Source: Syncephalis fuscata S228
Taxonomy: Eukaryota > Fungi > Zoopagomycota
Length of the DNA stretch: 64,000 bases
NCBI GenBank assembly: GCA_025786725.1
Contig: JAHLTZ010000052.1
Coordinates: 1-64,000 of the forward strand
Direction of reading: 5' to 3'
The notes below the pieces were generated by a model that saw nothing but the letters and a program-made list of their open reading frames with translations, was not told where the DNA came from and ran no database searches. Position numbers and translations under genes: made by a program. Below, piece by piece: positions 50,974-63,500 of the stretch (position 1 is its first letter; each line of letters starts with the position of its first letter).

Positions 50974-52279
50974 TTTAATAGCTGACTAGAGGGAAATAGC
51001 AGTAGTTTGTAGGGCGACGAATTAGCTGATAGGAATAAAAAGATTAAGTTAGTGTTGCTTTCGAGTGTTTTTTGAATCAATCAATATCGATAGCAGAAGA
51101 AGTGTTTAAAATCGTTAGACTACTTGAGTGTTAATAGCTGAGTAATGAGCGTATGAATGTTATGCGGAACTAGAGAGAAGTATTTTATGACTTTATTTAT
51201 AGCTTTCCAAGTCCATATAGACATGGCCTTAAGATACATTAATAATCCTGCAGCATCAGTAAATAATTGCTCCTGTAGCATAGGCTGTAGAATAGATACA
51301 TATTACAGTAGTAGCACAAATGGACAATGATGTGGCTGCTTTTCGTTAGAATACACCAACCGACTCCCGTTCCATCTTGCGACTCCTCTGCAGAAAAGCC
51401 GTCGTATTCACTCAGTGGATTTGTAAAACACAAAATAGTAAAATGTTTATTCATTTAAGCCTTAACTAGGTAAAACAGCCATTATCCAACCTTGTAAATG
51501 GCTTTTAGAGTACTGAGAATAACAAATGGCGTGATATGTAAATGTTACATTGATACTATTATGTGGCTGTGGCCAAGGATTTTCATAAAGTGCAGATTCT
51601 GATGCAATATGATAATTGTCAAGTTTTTGTGTCTATGTTAAGACAGCACGGTACTCCAAGGCCTATATGTTAAAATAAAACTACTGCAACCAGCTTGTTG
51701 TATATAATTTGTTCATATTTTACTTACTAGTGTATTTTATTTCTATTAAAATACAGGCTAAAAATAAAAAAGCATAAGCACCATTCGAGTATATACTTTT
51801 ATCCATTATTTTGCTTAGTATTTCAGCTAAATTAAGCTTTTACTGGACATTGTATTAATTGCTCATATTTGTGTTACAGTGTATTTAAAAAACTGAAAAA
51901 TATGCCTGTGTAGCTTATAACTTGTTGACGGTACACGGCCCTCAACGGTATTGTTTCCATCACTCGAGGACCATATGTTGGCCCATGATCTCAATAAGCG
52001 TATTATTATGGTTTCTTAGTACTACCAAGCCTTGTGGTTTAATTTGCCCCTTCTACAGCGTTGCACTATATCGGTTCATCTATTTAGCTAATTTTGTAGC
52101 CATTAGCCAGTTGAACGTGAACGATTATAATAAAAGCCAATAATAATAATGGATAGTATTATTGTATTAATACAATTCATAGTATTGCGTTAAGTATCCA
52201 AGTTTAGCTACAAGTACCTTTATTACAATTGCTTGCTTGCTTAAAAGTATAATTAGTAATAATGGTAACACATCTCAAA

Positions 52280-52670
52280 GTTAAATAGGCTGGTATTGCA
52301 GCGCTGTAGGATGATTCAATGCACGGTTAACTGAAACAGGTCCAAATGCTGGTCACTTGCTCAGCCAATGTCTATTCCCGTAACATGGTTTTACGTCGAC
52401 CAAATAATGGGCAGGACCATGTCATCTGTTCGCAGGATATCCAATCAGAATGTGACCTCTAATGCCGCCTCTTCGATAGGCTATGCTGCCGTCGCAGTCA
52501 TTATTAAAACAGCCATTTCGAATATTCGATCAATACACAAATATATTGCGGAGAAGGATATAGGCCAAATGTGTAGCACCTGGTGATCTACAGCAATTGA
52601 CAGTATGTTCAAACATATCCGAGTTAATACAGTCTCAGTCTGTACAACTTTTAGACAAGTGACTATCCTT
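52280..52670. pseudogene. Two degenerate copies of the COG2-like exon 53219-53476 joined in opposite orientations
   Basis: 52405-52665 (+) encodes MGRTMSSVRRISNQNVTS vs MGRTMSPVRRIPSRNATS; 52280-52405 resembles 53240-53360 in direct orientation. Confidence 0.8.
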
Positions 52671-53124
52671 ATTAGCTATATGCTTAACTAAATAGCTAGT
52701 TAAGTATAGTAAAAACTCGTTTAATATACTCGCTATTATACTAACGATATATTCTATGATAATAACTCTATTGTATTAACACTTTATTATGCACATTATT
52801 TACTGATTAATGCGTTCTATTATAACAGTTCTTGGTGTTAAATAATCATTTATTTTTCATACTACATTCATTGATTTATTACTAATATTTTATCTCAAGT
52901 TTTTATACATACTGCTTGTCAAACATATAGCTTAAAATCTATACTGCTAGTCTTTTTTCTTCTCCTTCACACTCGGCGGCAATGAATAAATGAAAATAAA
53001 CAAAAGTTATTTGATATCAAAACCGTTATCATAATATGTATCATTGGTTATTATTAGTAGTCCACTAGTAGCAAAATGGTAGTTTATTAAAAGTGCAATT
53101 GTTTGTCTGGCTTACAATCCAGAC

Positions 53125-55562
53125 TATTGGCGTTCAGTATCCAAATCTAATTGGTATACTCTAGCCATAAGGGCCTCTTTATAAAACTAATTAGTTAGTT
53201 ATATAATTATAATGGCAATTACCTACCCAAAAACTGTACAGCTTGAGACTGTAGTGACTCTGGTATGGCTGGACGCACGGTCAGCTGTAGCAAGTCCACC
53301 AGCTGGCCACGCACCCAGTCTATATCCATCTCCGTAACTTGTTTACGCACCGACTGAACATCCGAAATAAACGTCTCAGTGGTGGCTACACCGGCAACAG
53401 AAACTGCTGGAGAGGTAGCACTGGATGTCGCATTTCGGCTGGGTATCCGACGGACAGGTGACATGGTTCTGCCCATTATTTTGATTTGCTATTAAGTCTC
53501 GTCAGCAGATATCATCTCATACTTTTAGTTACCTTTTCGTTTTCTATTGTGGTACGAATAGAGGCCTCCGAACACCACTCAAGAAGCCAGGCACCATAAC
53601 GCAGCATTAACTAGCAATAGTTTAATCTTAATCTAATAGAAGGCTAATTGTATACAGCATAATAAATACCTGACAAGATAGCTTCCAAAAACGTGCCATT
53701 AACGGCGGTAGATTTACTCGATTTGACCAGCATAGCTCAATCAAAGTTAGCGTGGCAGAAGTAACAGGTAGTATAGGTTTATCATTTTTATCGTATGCCG
53801 TATTAGATATATTCATTTGATTACTCTTCAAAATTGCTGTCTCCAACATTTCTGTTATTTCATTAAATCTAATCATCGTACTATCCATTAGTAATTGCTT
53901 GTATATATTCTAAAGCGTTTTTGTTCTTTACCTGGCCTCGAAATACTGATCCAACGGCCAATGGCGAATAAGACTGCGCAATGCATTCGCAGCAGTAGAA
54001 TCTTTTATACATTTAATCCGACTGGATGTATCGGCCCGTTTCAATAGCCATTGTTGAACTAGTTGATAATGCTAATATTCTACAGTTAAATAAATCAGAT
54101 CTATATTTAATTATATAAACTACCTCTGAAAATCGATCCAAATCTTCTAAGCTAAAAAGGAATGGCATTTTCTCTTGTATACCACGTAGAAATTGTGGCC
54201 ACATCACTTGTGGCAATAATTGTGGATCCTCGTCTATTATTGGTGTTAACTGATCTAAAAGTGCTTCATAAGCTTCGTCTAACAGCACTGGCAATGGATG
54301 TTCGCCCTTCTTTAATGTAGCAACCCGTTTTTCTGCATAGGATTTTAATGACAAACGCTGGTATCTAATAAGTAACTTTTTGAAATAACTATCATATAGC
54401 ATCATTTATTACCGTGGATAAATAAGGTGCCAAGTATTCGGATATCAACAATGTATGGGCTATTGATGATTTGCCTATTTGTTTAAATATTTGATAATAC
54501 AATATCAATACATCCCATGCTGCCACATGATCTACAGACTTGCTATGTTGTACATTGTTTGAAGTATAAATGGTTCGCAGTCCTGATCTTAGTTTTTGAA
54601 TAATGCTATCACTCAAATTATTTTGTATTTTGATCAATCGCTTTATCATAAATATATAAGTAATGCACAGTTTATTATAATCACCATTTTGCCTACCTCG
54701 TTCATTTGATCGGCTATAGCATATCCCACTAATGCTTTACATGTTTGCGATATGTGTTCGTATAGATTGGATGCCCGTTCCAGTGATGTTTCCTGTAAAA
54801 TAGCATCGCTATACAATATTAATTAGCTTTTTGTAAAATATGCCACTTTTAAATCTTACACATCATCCGTGCTATTTAGTGATGCCACCTGCTGAACTAC
54901 CGTTTCGAGCTGATCATATCGTGTGATAGAGTTATTAATTGGTTAAGGCGTGTCTATATATCATCCACTGTCATTAAATAAATTTAAACGCTTGTTAAAT
55001 GATTGCTTACTGATACCAGCTGTTGCTGTCGAAATGCTTCCTCTGTACGTTTCCAATTAGTATGAGCACCTTTGATCTGAGCCCGTATATTCTGCCAATA
55101 GTAATAGCGACAGAAGCGACAATAACTATCAATCTACCTAGCCATTTTTGTGCCCTCTATTACTTACCCCTAGACGTTTTTTAATATGCACCGATACTTC
55201 TTCCACATCCTGAACTTGAGTTGGAAGGTGTTCTACCACGTTAGGAATACGTACAAACTGTTCACAATCCGCGACAATAGTATCGAGTCGACGTTCAACA
55301 ATATACTCTTCCAGCTTCTCTAATTCGCCGCGTAGTTCTTCTAAAGAGTGGCGTGGCCGTTGCTTCAAAAAACTTTCAAATTCAAACATAGCAACGAATC
55401 TTTAACAGGTAAATGTAATTTCAAGTGACTTGAATCTAACAACAAGGGAGCTGGTTTTTCTCGACGTGTCGCAATCTGGTTGCTAACACGAGCATGGTCA
55501 TTGTCTGTATTGCTAGACGATGAATAACGATTTACAGATTGCTTTGACCAATATTCATCCAT
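53125..55562 (-). CDS. COG2: COG2-like Golgi tethering subunit, divergent, 3' end unresolved or truncated
   Basis: FEFESFL..RHSLEELRGEL..IVADCEQFVRI (COG2 N domain); MWPQF..KMPFLFS; QWPLDQYFEARF.EI; CWSNRVNLPPLMARFWKLSCQ; LRYGAWL. Confidence 0.75.
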
Positions 55563-55629
55563 AACAGTTAATATGACTAAATGAGAGAATTATGGTAACG
55601 TCATTAGTATTAAAAAATGGCACTTATGT

Positions 55630-55960
55630 ATCATAGATTTATTATCCAATACACACATATTCTCTATTTATCTATATCATTCCTACCGCATGCTCATACT
55701 ATCCTATATCAGTTATAATACACTGGCTACGCCATATTTTATAGGTTTCAAACAAATATAGACCGATGAGTGGAATGAGTTGAAATTAGGTACAGGTTGT
55801 TGAGAATAGAACTAGAAATAAACAAACTACAGTTGCGAGTAAACATCAAATAGTAGTTAGTAGAATGGATATTCAATGGAAAGAGTATAAACAACGTTGA
55901 TATAGCTGTAGTACATGGAGCGCAATGAGTAGATTGCGTAAAGTACATTGCAACATATAG
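55630..55960. repeat. Family A fragments (55630-55700 on +; internal extension 55750-55960 on -)
   Basis: ATCATAGATTTATTATCCAATAC; GAACTAGAAATAAAC and GCGCAATGA resemble the reverse complement of 4930-5110. Confidence 0.65.
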
Positions 55961-56430
55961 CAAATATAGATGCTGTTATTACTGTTTATTGAAGCATGCT
56001 CATTACTAACCAACTATCTATCTTTAATAAACATGTAATTTACTATATTTGAGTACAGTATGGCAAAAGTAACAGTGTACAGCGATAGTAGTGTTAGCTA
56101 GTTTATGCATGCTAGATTACTATGCATAAGCAATAGGTAGCGGAAGCTGTAACACTATGACTTGTTTTGTTAAATAAAGTCAGCCATGTTATGCTTATTT
56201 TCTAAAGTCTTTTGTCACTTTTTACTTAATCGTGCTATCATGTATTTCTATTGTATTTGATTATTCTATTTTCAATTGCTATAAATTATACATGACATAT
56301 TTAAATTTGTTCTAAACTGTTTATCAAAATAACTATGAGATACAGTTTATTTGTTTTTTGCACATATAACAGTTCTGAGGCATGATGATCAGATTTTTTG
56401 GGCTACCATCTGGATCGCGCATAAACATTT

Positions 56431-56720
56431 GGGCGACAATGTTAGTAGAGTCGTATGAGTAAGCTATTCCTACGCGTAGCTGTCGGAGATCAAATCTGGT
56501 TAAAGACACCGACGAGTTAAGAATAAGCCCCACCAGCACAAATCGCCTTTTTCGTATAATAAAAAATTCAAGTTACAATAAAGTAGTCTAATACGAAAAA
56601 GACGATGCAGCAAGGCTGGTGGGCCTTGTTCTTAAGATAATCGGGAGAGACAGATTTGCCAACTGGCAGCATAAGGAAAGCTTACAAGTACAGCTCTACA
56701 AAGCATTGTCGCCCTTTTTT
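56431..56720 (+). other. 284-nt imperfect foldback followed by T6; candidate structured RNA or palindromic element
   Basis: GGGCGACAATG/CATTGTCGCCC, GTAGAG/CTCTAC, GTAAGCT/AGCTTAC, CAAATCTG/CAGATTTG, CCCACCAGC/GCTGGTGGG and CTTTTTCGTAT/ATACGAAAAAG pair in nested order. Confidence 0.8.
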
Positions 56721-57829
56721 AAAAATGCAAAAACAATTGTCATGTCTATGTTATTTTATATTTTGCATGATATTTTGCTTAATATTAATATGCTAATACA
56801 CTTCACTGGTAGCATGCCACGTCATTTAATACATTTACTTGCACTATTGTTAATTAAACAGTAGTATATTAATTATTGTGTATTGCTGAAGTATTTATCG
56901 GTGTGGCTATAGTTATATTGTGCCGACCAATAAACGTCCACCAATCAAGTAGCTGATGATAGTATTATCAACACGCAACATACCTCAGTATCGAAATAGC
57001 CGATCAGTTATTCCTTAATAAAATACCAATTTCTATTCTTACTTTCGTTTACTGTGTTGAAAGATGATTGTTAGAATGAGCAGTGTGTTTATAAATTACG
57101 CTGCCCCAACGACTATATAAATAACCTATTTTGGTATCAAGGCTATAATAATATCGTCTTTTTTTATTATTTCATCACTTAACACAATAGCTGTACTCTT
57201 GGTTTTTCAATTGCTACTGAAAACATAAGAGTAGCTGTCTGCTACTACGGTGCTACCTAAGTACGCGTTACAAGTGCAGCTGACTAATCATTCATATAGC
57301 TTCCACACCTACACCATCTTTTTCTCTGCCCTTAAAGTGTTGCAGCCGTATACAGTAGCAAATAATAAACTGTCTATCATGCTTCAAAGGCAACTGTTGC
57401 TATACAAGAGCAGATAAACCTTACTATATAACTTATTTTGATACGCACTACTTTTTAATTAACAGATACTATTTTTATTTATGTATAAAGCAGCTTCTAT
57501 TGTCACTATTTTATTTGTAGTAGCAATATTCTAGTATATCCAACCGTATTGTATAGCTAATCGTTTAGTTATTTACGTATTTATTTATACTTGCTTAGTT
57601 ATATACGATACATTTGCCCATGCACTATACATAACTATTTATTTATATAGTACTACTGTTTTATTATGTCGTACAGCTCAATTGTATATATAGCTGCGTA
57701 ATGTAGCCATTTACCATTTTATTCGCCTATGTAATAATTTATCGATACAATCATTTTGTTGTGTTATATATAGTTGTCCAATTACATCGTATATATTTGA
57801 GTTTCTTTATTTTTACCTGTATTTTATTA

Positions 57830-58040
57830 ACAAAATAGTGTAATTTAAAGGCTAAATGATTACATTCGATATCATTTGCGTAGTTAAACTACACATTTGT
57901 ACTATTGAACATGGCACTGGGTAGTGAGCGACAGCAGTCAGTAAAATACTCATCATCATAGATTCATTATCCAGTACGCATATAGCATTTATTCATATAA
58001 ATTATCCCCATTATATACCCCATACTATCATAGATCATTT
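57830..58040 (+). repeat. Family A repeat
   Basis: TAGTTAAACTACACATTTGTACTATTGAACATGGCACTGGGTAGTGAGCGAC...AAAATACTCATCATCATAGATTCATTATCCAGTACGCATAT. Confidence 0.9.
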
Positions 58041-58489
58041 TATTAATGCTGGAAGCCTTTTAATTTTTATTTGTTCTAATAAGTTTTGTACATTTCACTT
58101 GTTGAATTATATACACAATAAATTCAACGCCAATTATCACACTTTTTCAACTGTATGCTCACTATGTTGTATATCGTTTTATATTTGCATAGCTTTGTTT
58201 GGCCCAAAGCTGTTTTCCTCTTATTCTGGTTATATTCCTAATAAAATTGTATATATTTATACATTTTTATTGATTTGTTCTATGCAAGCTACGGGTTGTT
58301 CAGAACCGTTGTTCGTTTAATTATAGCCATATTATTAATAAATAGCAACCTATTGAACCCATTAAAATATATGTACTTAAAAGCTATAGCAAGTAAAATG
58401 TATTTGATAAGCGTGAAATAATATATAATAATATAAAGATATAATGGTACTTATATCAATTTATAAAGTATGTGTGTGTGCAGGGCAAT

Positions 58490-58650
58490 GTTAATAATGA
58501 TAAGTATATGGTTATTATTTCAATGGTGCCATTTACCACCCGGCTTAATATTTAATAAAATAAACGTTTAGTTCAAATTGCGCAAATGTTATTAGTTTTA
58601 GCCATTTGACCACCAAAGCCATATTAGACTGTTAATAGACTGTTTAATAT
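58490..58650 (-). repeat. Family A repeat, diverged
   Basis: Reverse complement reads TTGGTGGTCAAATGGCTA..TTTGCGCAATTTGAACTAAACGTTTATTTTATTAAATAT..GGGTGGTAAATGGCACCA. Confidence 0.75.
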
Positions 58651-59249
58651 TAGCGTAATAATAACAGTGTAATAAATAAAACAAGAACTGAATTGCTGCT
58701 ACTACTGTCAAAGTGATTGGTGTTACGCATTTGTATTGAGCATAATTTATTTGATAAGCTGATAGCTGCAAAAAAAATTTTAATTGGTAAGAATCAAGGA
58801 CTTGATAAAGTATCAAAAGTTTACAATAAACGATAGTATATATTTATAAATAATATTCCATTTAAGTATAAAAATAATATTCTTTATTCAACATGAGAAT
58901 TTGTAGCAGTATCTACTAGATTAGTCCGTATCAGTACAGCATAATATAGGCCATTGGAATATATATGCTACAATCCAAATAAAAAACTCTAATAGACCAA
59001 TAAAGCGCTTGTTTTGCTAACGATTTGCTAATCTTGCTTAGTGCGCTTTATTTCGTCCCATTAGTCGAAGTCGTCAAATGTTGTTCACTTAATGATAACC
59101 AACAATCGGTGATCAGTAAGAAATCTTTGTCAAGTAGTGCTTGCTCACTTTGTAATGATTCTAATTCAAAGATTACTAGGTTCGATTATTGTTGTACATC
59201 AAATCTTGATATAACAAATGACAACCACAGAATTACCGGCGACGACTTA

Positions 59250-59650
59250 TAAGAAGGACTATAATGAAAGCTGCTTATAAAACTAGATTTCTATTAAAAA
59301 GCTCTTCAAGTCAAAGCCAAGATTGGCGCTAACAGCGATTCATTGGTAAAAAACACCTTTGAGACGAAGCCATGAGCAGCGCTGGCAACAATTCTTAAAA
59401 GGAAGTCTAATGAAATAACTCATAAAATAAGTACCCATTAGGTAAATCCTTTGAATCAAAGCCAGAAACCGTATCGACAACAGCTCATGGATAAAAACCT
59501 AAGAAAATATGTTCATAAAAATGGACTTTCAGTAGGAAAACCTTTTGAGTCGAAGCCGGTACGGCGCTGGCAACAACTCATAGGAGAAATTCTAGTGAAA
59601 AACTCATAAAAATAAGCGTTCACTAAAAAATCTCCTTGAGTTAAAGCTAT
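59250..59650 (+). repeat. Degenerate ~92-bp tandem repeat, about 4.5 units
   Basis: A recurring CCTTTGAGTCRAAGCC..GCGCTGGCAACAA..CTCATAAAA-like motif at ~59300, 59355, 59447, 59540 and 59632. Confidence 0.7.
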
Positions 59651-60544
59651 TAAATGCTCCAAGTAACTCCAGGGCTCCGGGACGAATCCAAAAGAATTCG
59701 GGCGGCTCCACGCGGCTCCGGGAGACTTGACGCGACTTGAGACGGCTCCAGGGACGGCTCCAGACAGTCACAGGTATATCGGCACCAGGCGGCACCAGTA
59801 TACCTATAGTAATACACTGAAAGGTTATACATATAATATAAACACACGTGGTAAGCTTATCTTGTGATATATTAATAAACCACAAGAGTCAACGCGCTTG
59901 TTAAGCGGTTGGAAAGTCGGAGCTACAATGTTGGAAGGCAGGTGTAGAAGCGGAAGAAAGGAATAAGATGGAAGAGCATCATTCAGGGCATTCAAACTAA
60001 ACTTATACTATAATAATTACGACAAATGTCGTAATAGGACATGTTTTACTTGGCTGTCCAAATACCTGTAACTTTTACGCAGTTATTTCTGATCTGAAGT
60101 AAAATTGATTGAATTAATTATAGTGTTCTGATAAAATAACATAACAATGATAAAACAAACTTATGTGCCTAAGTAGGATTAAAAAATGCTTCATTATTTA
60201 TTTGCTATGTAAGTAGAGAATAACGACAGAAATACAAGTAGAACATTTTATTCAAGAAACAGAACCGTAGGAAGAAATATATGTTTTATTGCTATATCTG
60301 GTAATAGCAGTATGTCATAATGGTAAAGGTACGTATACGCAATTGAAAGAGTGTAGTGAGCGATATAAATCAGCCTCTGTAGCAAATACAGTTAGTAATA
60401 AACAAACGATTTTTGATAGTATGCAGTTATTTAAGCATAATATTTTTTTAATTAAACAAATGATGCTACTTTAATCTTAAAACAAACATTAAACATAAAA
60501 CTAAATAAACAACAGTAATAAAATCATTACCATAATATCATGTC

Positions 60545-63500
60545 GCTTTAATAAACACTCCTACACTTTATTAAATTCTTTCAGTTCAATATATAACTCT
60601 CTTTTCTCTCAGCCGTCACTGCCACTTCATTTATTAGCTAACAAACTTAACAGGCATGCAATAACAATATCAATTGACACTTGACCGGATAAAAAACCAA
60701 ATGGGTATATATTCACTCCCTCCATCTGGAAAACCATGTCAAGTGATAGCATCAACAACAATGCATAATACTACTGTTAATACTTGTGCTGACGAAAGCA
60801 ATAATTGGTATTGTAAATTGCATGCAAAATGATGATAAATGCGATCCAGATAACTTGTCGATTTGGCACCAATATTTGAAGGACTATAACAAGATTTGTT
60901 AGTGTTGTTTAGTAGTAATAAAATATTATACATTTAGTTGGTCGTTTTTCATATGTAGTCTATAATGCACATGTGATGTGATTGTTTGTTGTTTGGCTAT
61001 TGTTACTAAGTATTATACAAACATTATAAAAATTAAACTAAAAAAGTTGTTGAAAGTTGTTAATCGAGATGACAGCCGATAAAAAAACTATATGTCCACC
61101 TGGAATACTGATAGTACTACAACTCGGGCATAAGTAACATTCGTCAGAAGCACATAGCTTTCTACCAGCTGCCGTCAAGATGACGATGTTATTTAATAAT
61201 GTTATAATGCAATTTAGCAATTCAAGTGCAGCAATAAACATCACTAAACTACTGGTTCACCCAATTGTAGCTAATGTATAAAGCCAAGCACACATAGATG
61301 TTGCAGTGTATTACAACTAAACAACACATGTCAATGCTGATGCGCTATTAAAGTTGCAAAATAACGCAGCTTTTGCTACGTTGTAAACAGCCGCAGAAAT
61401 ATCATATTATGCTTAGTTACACCCGAGGCAGGTTAACGCGTTTGACATCCCCGCGATGCCGAAGCACTTTAAATGATATTTGAAACTAACGCTATATCAC
61501 AATCATTTAACAACACCCGCAAGTAAACAGTAGGTGATATATGGACACATCCACCCAGATGAACCACATATCTCATCAATCCAGTGTGTGATGGCAGTGT
61601 TCAGCAAGTTGAACAATACCAACACACCTCCAGCGCGCGTTACAAACAGGTGAGCACTAACATATGGCCACCCATCACAGGTCGCCGCATCCATATGAGG
61701 GAAACACACAGCAATAACTGACTTGCTAAATACTGTTGCTGCGCGCTCTAGCCTTTACAGGAGGGAGCATAGAGCAGTATTAAGTTAATACTATGCGCCC
61801 TAGCGTCCCCCATGAGAGAGCGTGCAGCAATACCGACTTATGTCCTATCACTGCACGCTCCAGCATCCCACATATCTCCGCACTACACTAGTATACAGCC
61901 GCCTATTACGGGCAGCCATATAATTGTTGAGCCAGTATAATACAGCAGTCTGCAAATACTGTATTGCACATTCAACACAGCTCAAAAGCAAGAACACAGT
62001 ATATCGTGATCAACCAACAAGGGGACCCCACGCCACTGGATGTAACTACTAGATTTAATGCTAACCATTAACAAACGGTTTACAGCACATTAACAACTAG
62101 AAACAGGAGAAGGCGAAGTAATGAGCAAAAGTAATCTCAACACAACCTTATAAAATTGCCCCAAAACATATCTACCAATTAGAATGGACAATATTGGTAA
62201 ATAGTATGTGGCAACTGTTCATTGGCGTATTGCAACCGACTGAAACCTTCTAATGCCAGATACCATCTTATCAGTAAATTGGATTATAATCCCTTCCTTA
62301 TTTCCATATTTGCTCACTTTTTGCCTTCCATTTGCCGGTCATTTCCGCGCATAATCAGCATATCTACACTGGCTAGTTGAATCAATTGGCCAATGCAACC
62401 GAAACATAGCCAAATGCAACCATTCTTAATCAGTTGTACCACTATAATAGCGGCTCTTTCCGATGCTATCAATATTTTCAGGGTCTAGCGGGTATTTTTA
62501 CTTTCCCCCAAGTATTCTTGCCATTCGCACACAATTAAATCAGTCGATCCACACAATTTATTACTGTATTAGTTAAATAAAAATGACTACTTTTCTTTAG
62601 AAATATGGTCTATAGCATAATTCACCGATTGAGTTTCAATGCTACTAAATAGAAATAAAATACACGTTGTTCATATTACATTACAAAGTCCGTTAAAGCT
62701 ATGAAGTAAAAACAGGAATAAACACGTAACCATATCGACTGCAAAGGCCAACATGAAAACCAGTATGATGTGGCACATGCATGCTTAGCCAAGTGACTAT
62801 ATAAAATACTGATGTGTGCAATAGTTTGCTATACAGCTTAGGACTGAGCTATAGCATCAGTAAGCAGAACATACTACAGCAAATGCAGCGCTAGACTATT
62901 TGTACAATAAAATATTATTGCTTTACTACCCTCAATACTGACTGATATTATAATATTGTGTGTCTTTAAATTTATGAATAACACAACGTATTGAATCTTT
63001 CGCTTTATCTTTTGCTACCACTTTACTTCAGTGCTCTTTTTTTACGTTAAAACTAGTCATTCATACCACTTGTATTTGATATTTGTACCATCATGAACTC
63101 TTCAAATACTGAGCAATCCTCTATTTCGCTTTCAAATGCTAGTATTTACACGCCGCTTTCCACTCCTCGTGTCGTAGCAGTAGCTTCTGCTGGACACTCT
63201 TCGGGTCTTTTACAAAATGAAGACCTTATGTATACAAATGTTCCAAACTGCTGGAATGCTTTGTCTGCAGAAAAGCGCGCTAGCGCTGTTGCATGGATTC
63301 AAGTATGCGACTTGACATCCAAAGGTATGTTATGCTAGTACTGAGTATCTGTATAGCTAAGTACTGGATTTTTAGAATTTGTTTTGGCCGCCGATAAACA
63401 ATTCTACGCTGGACCTGGTATCTGCTGGTAACTATTTAAAAAAATGTACATAACGGTAAATTAACAGTATATTGTACTTCAAATAGCGACTATCAACTAG

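Noticed and set aside
56431-56720. SRP RNA, U3, RNase P or MRP identity for the hairpin
   Set aside because: The size fits SRP RNA, but I could not find the helix 8 motif or the conserved boxes of the others, so no name is assigned.
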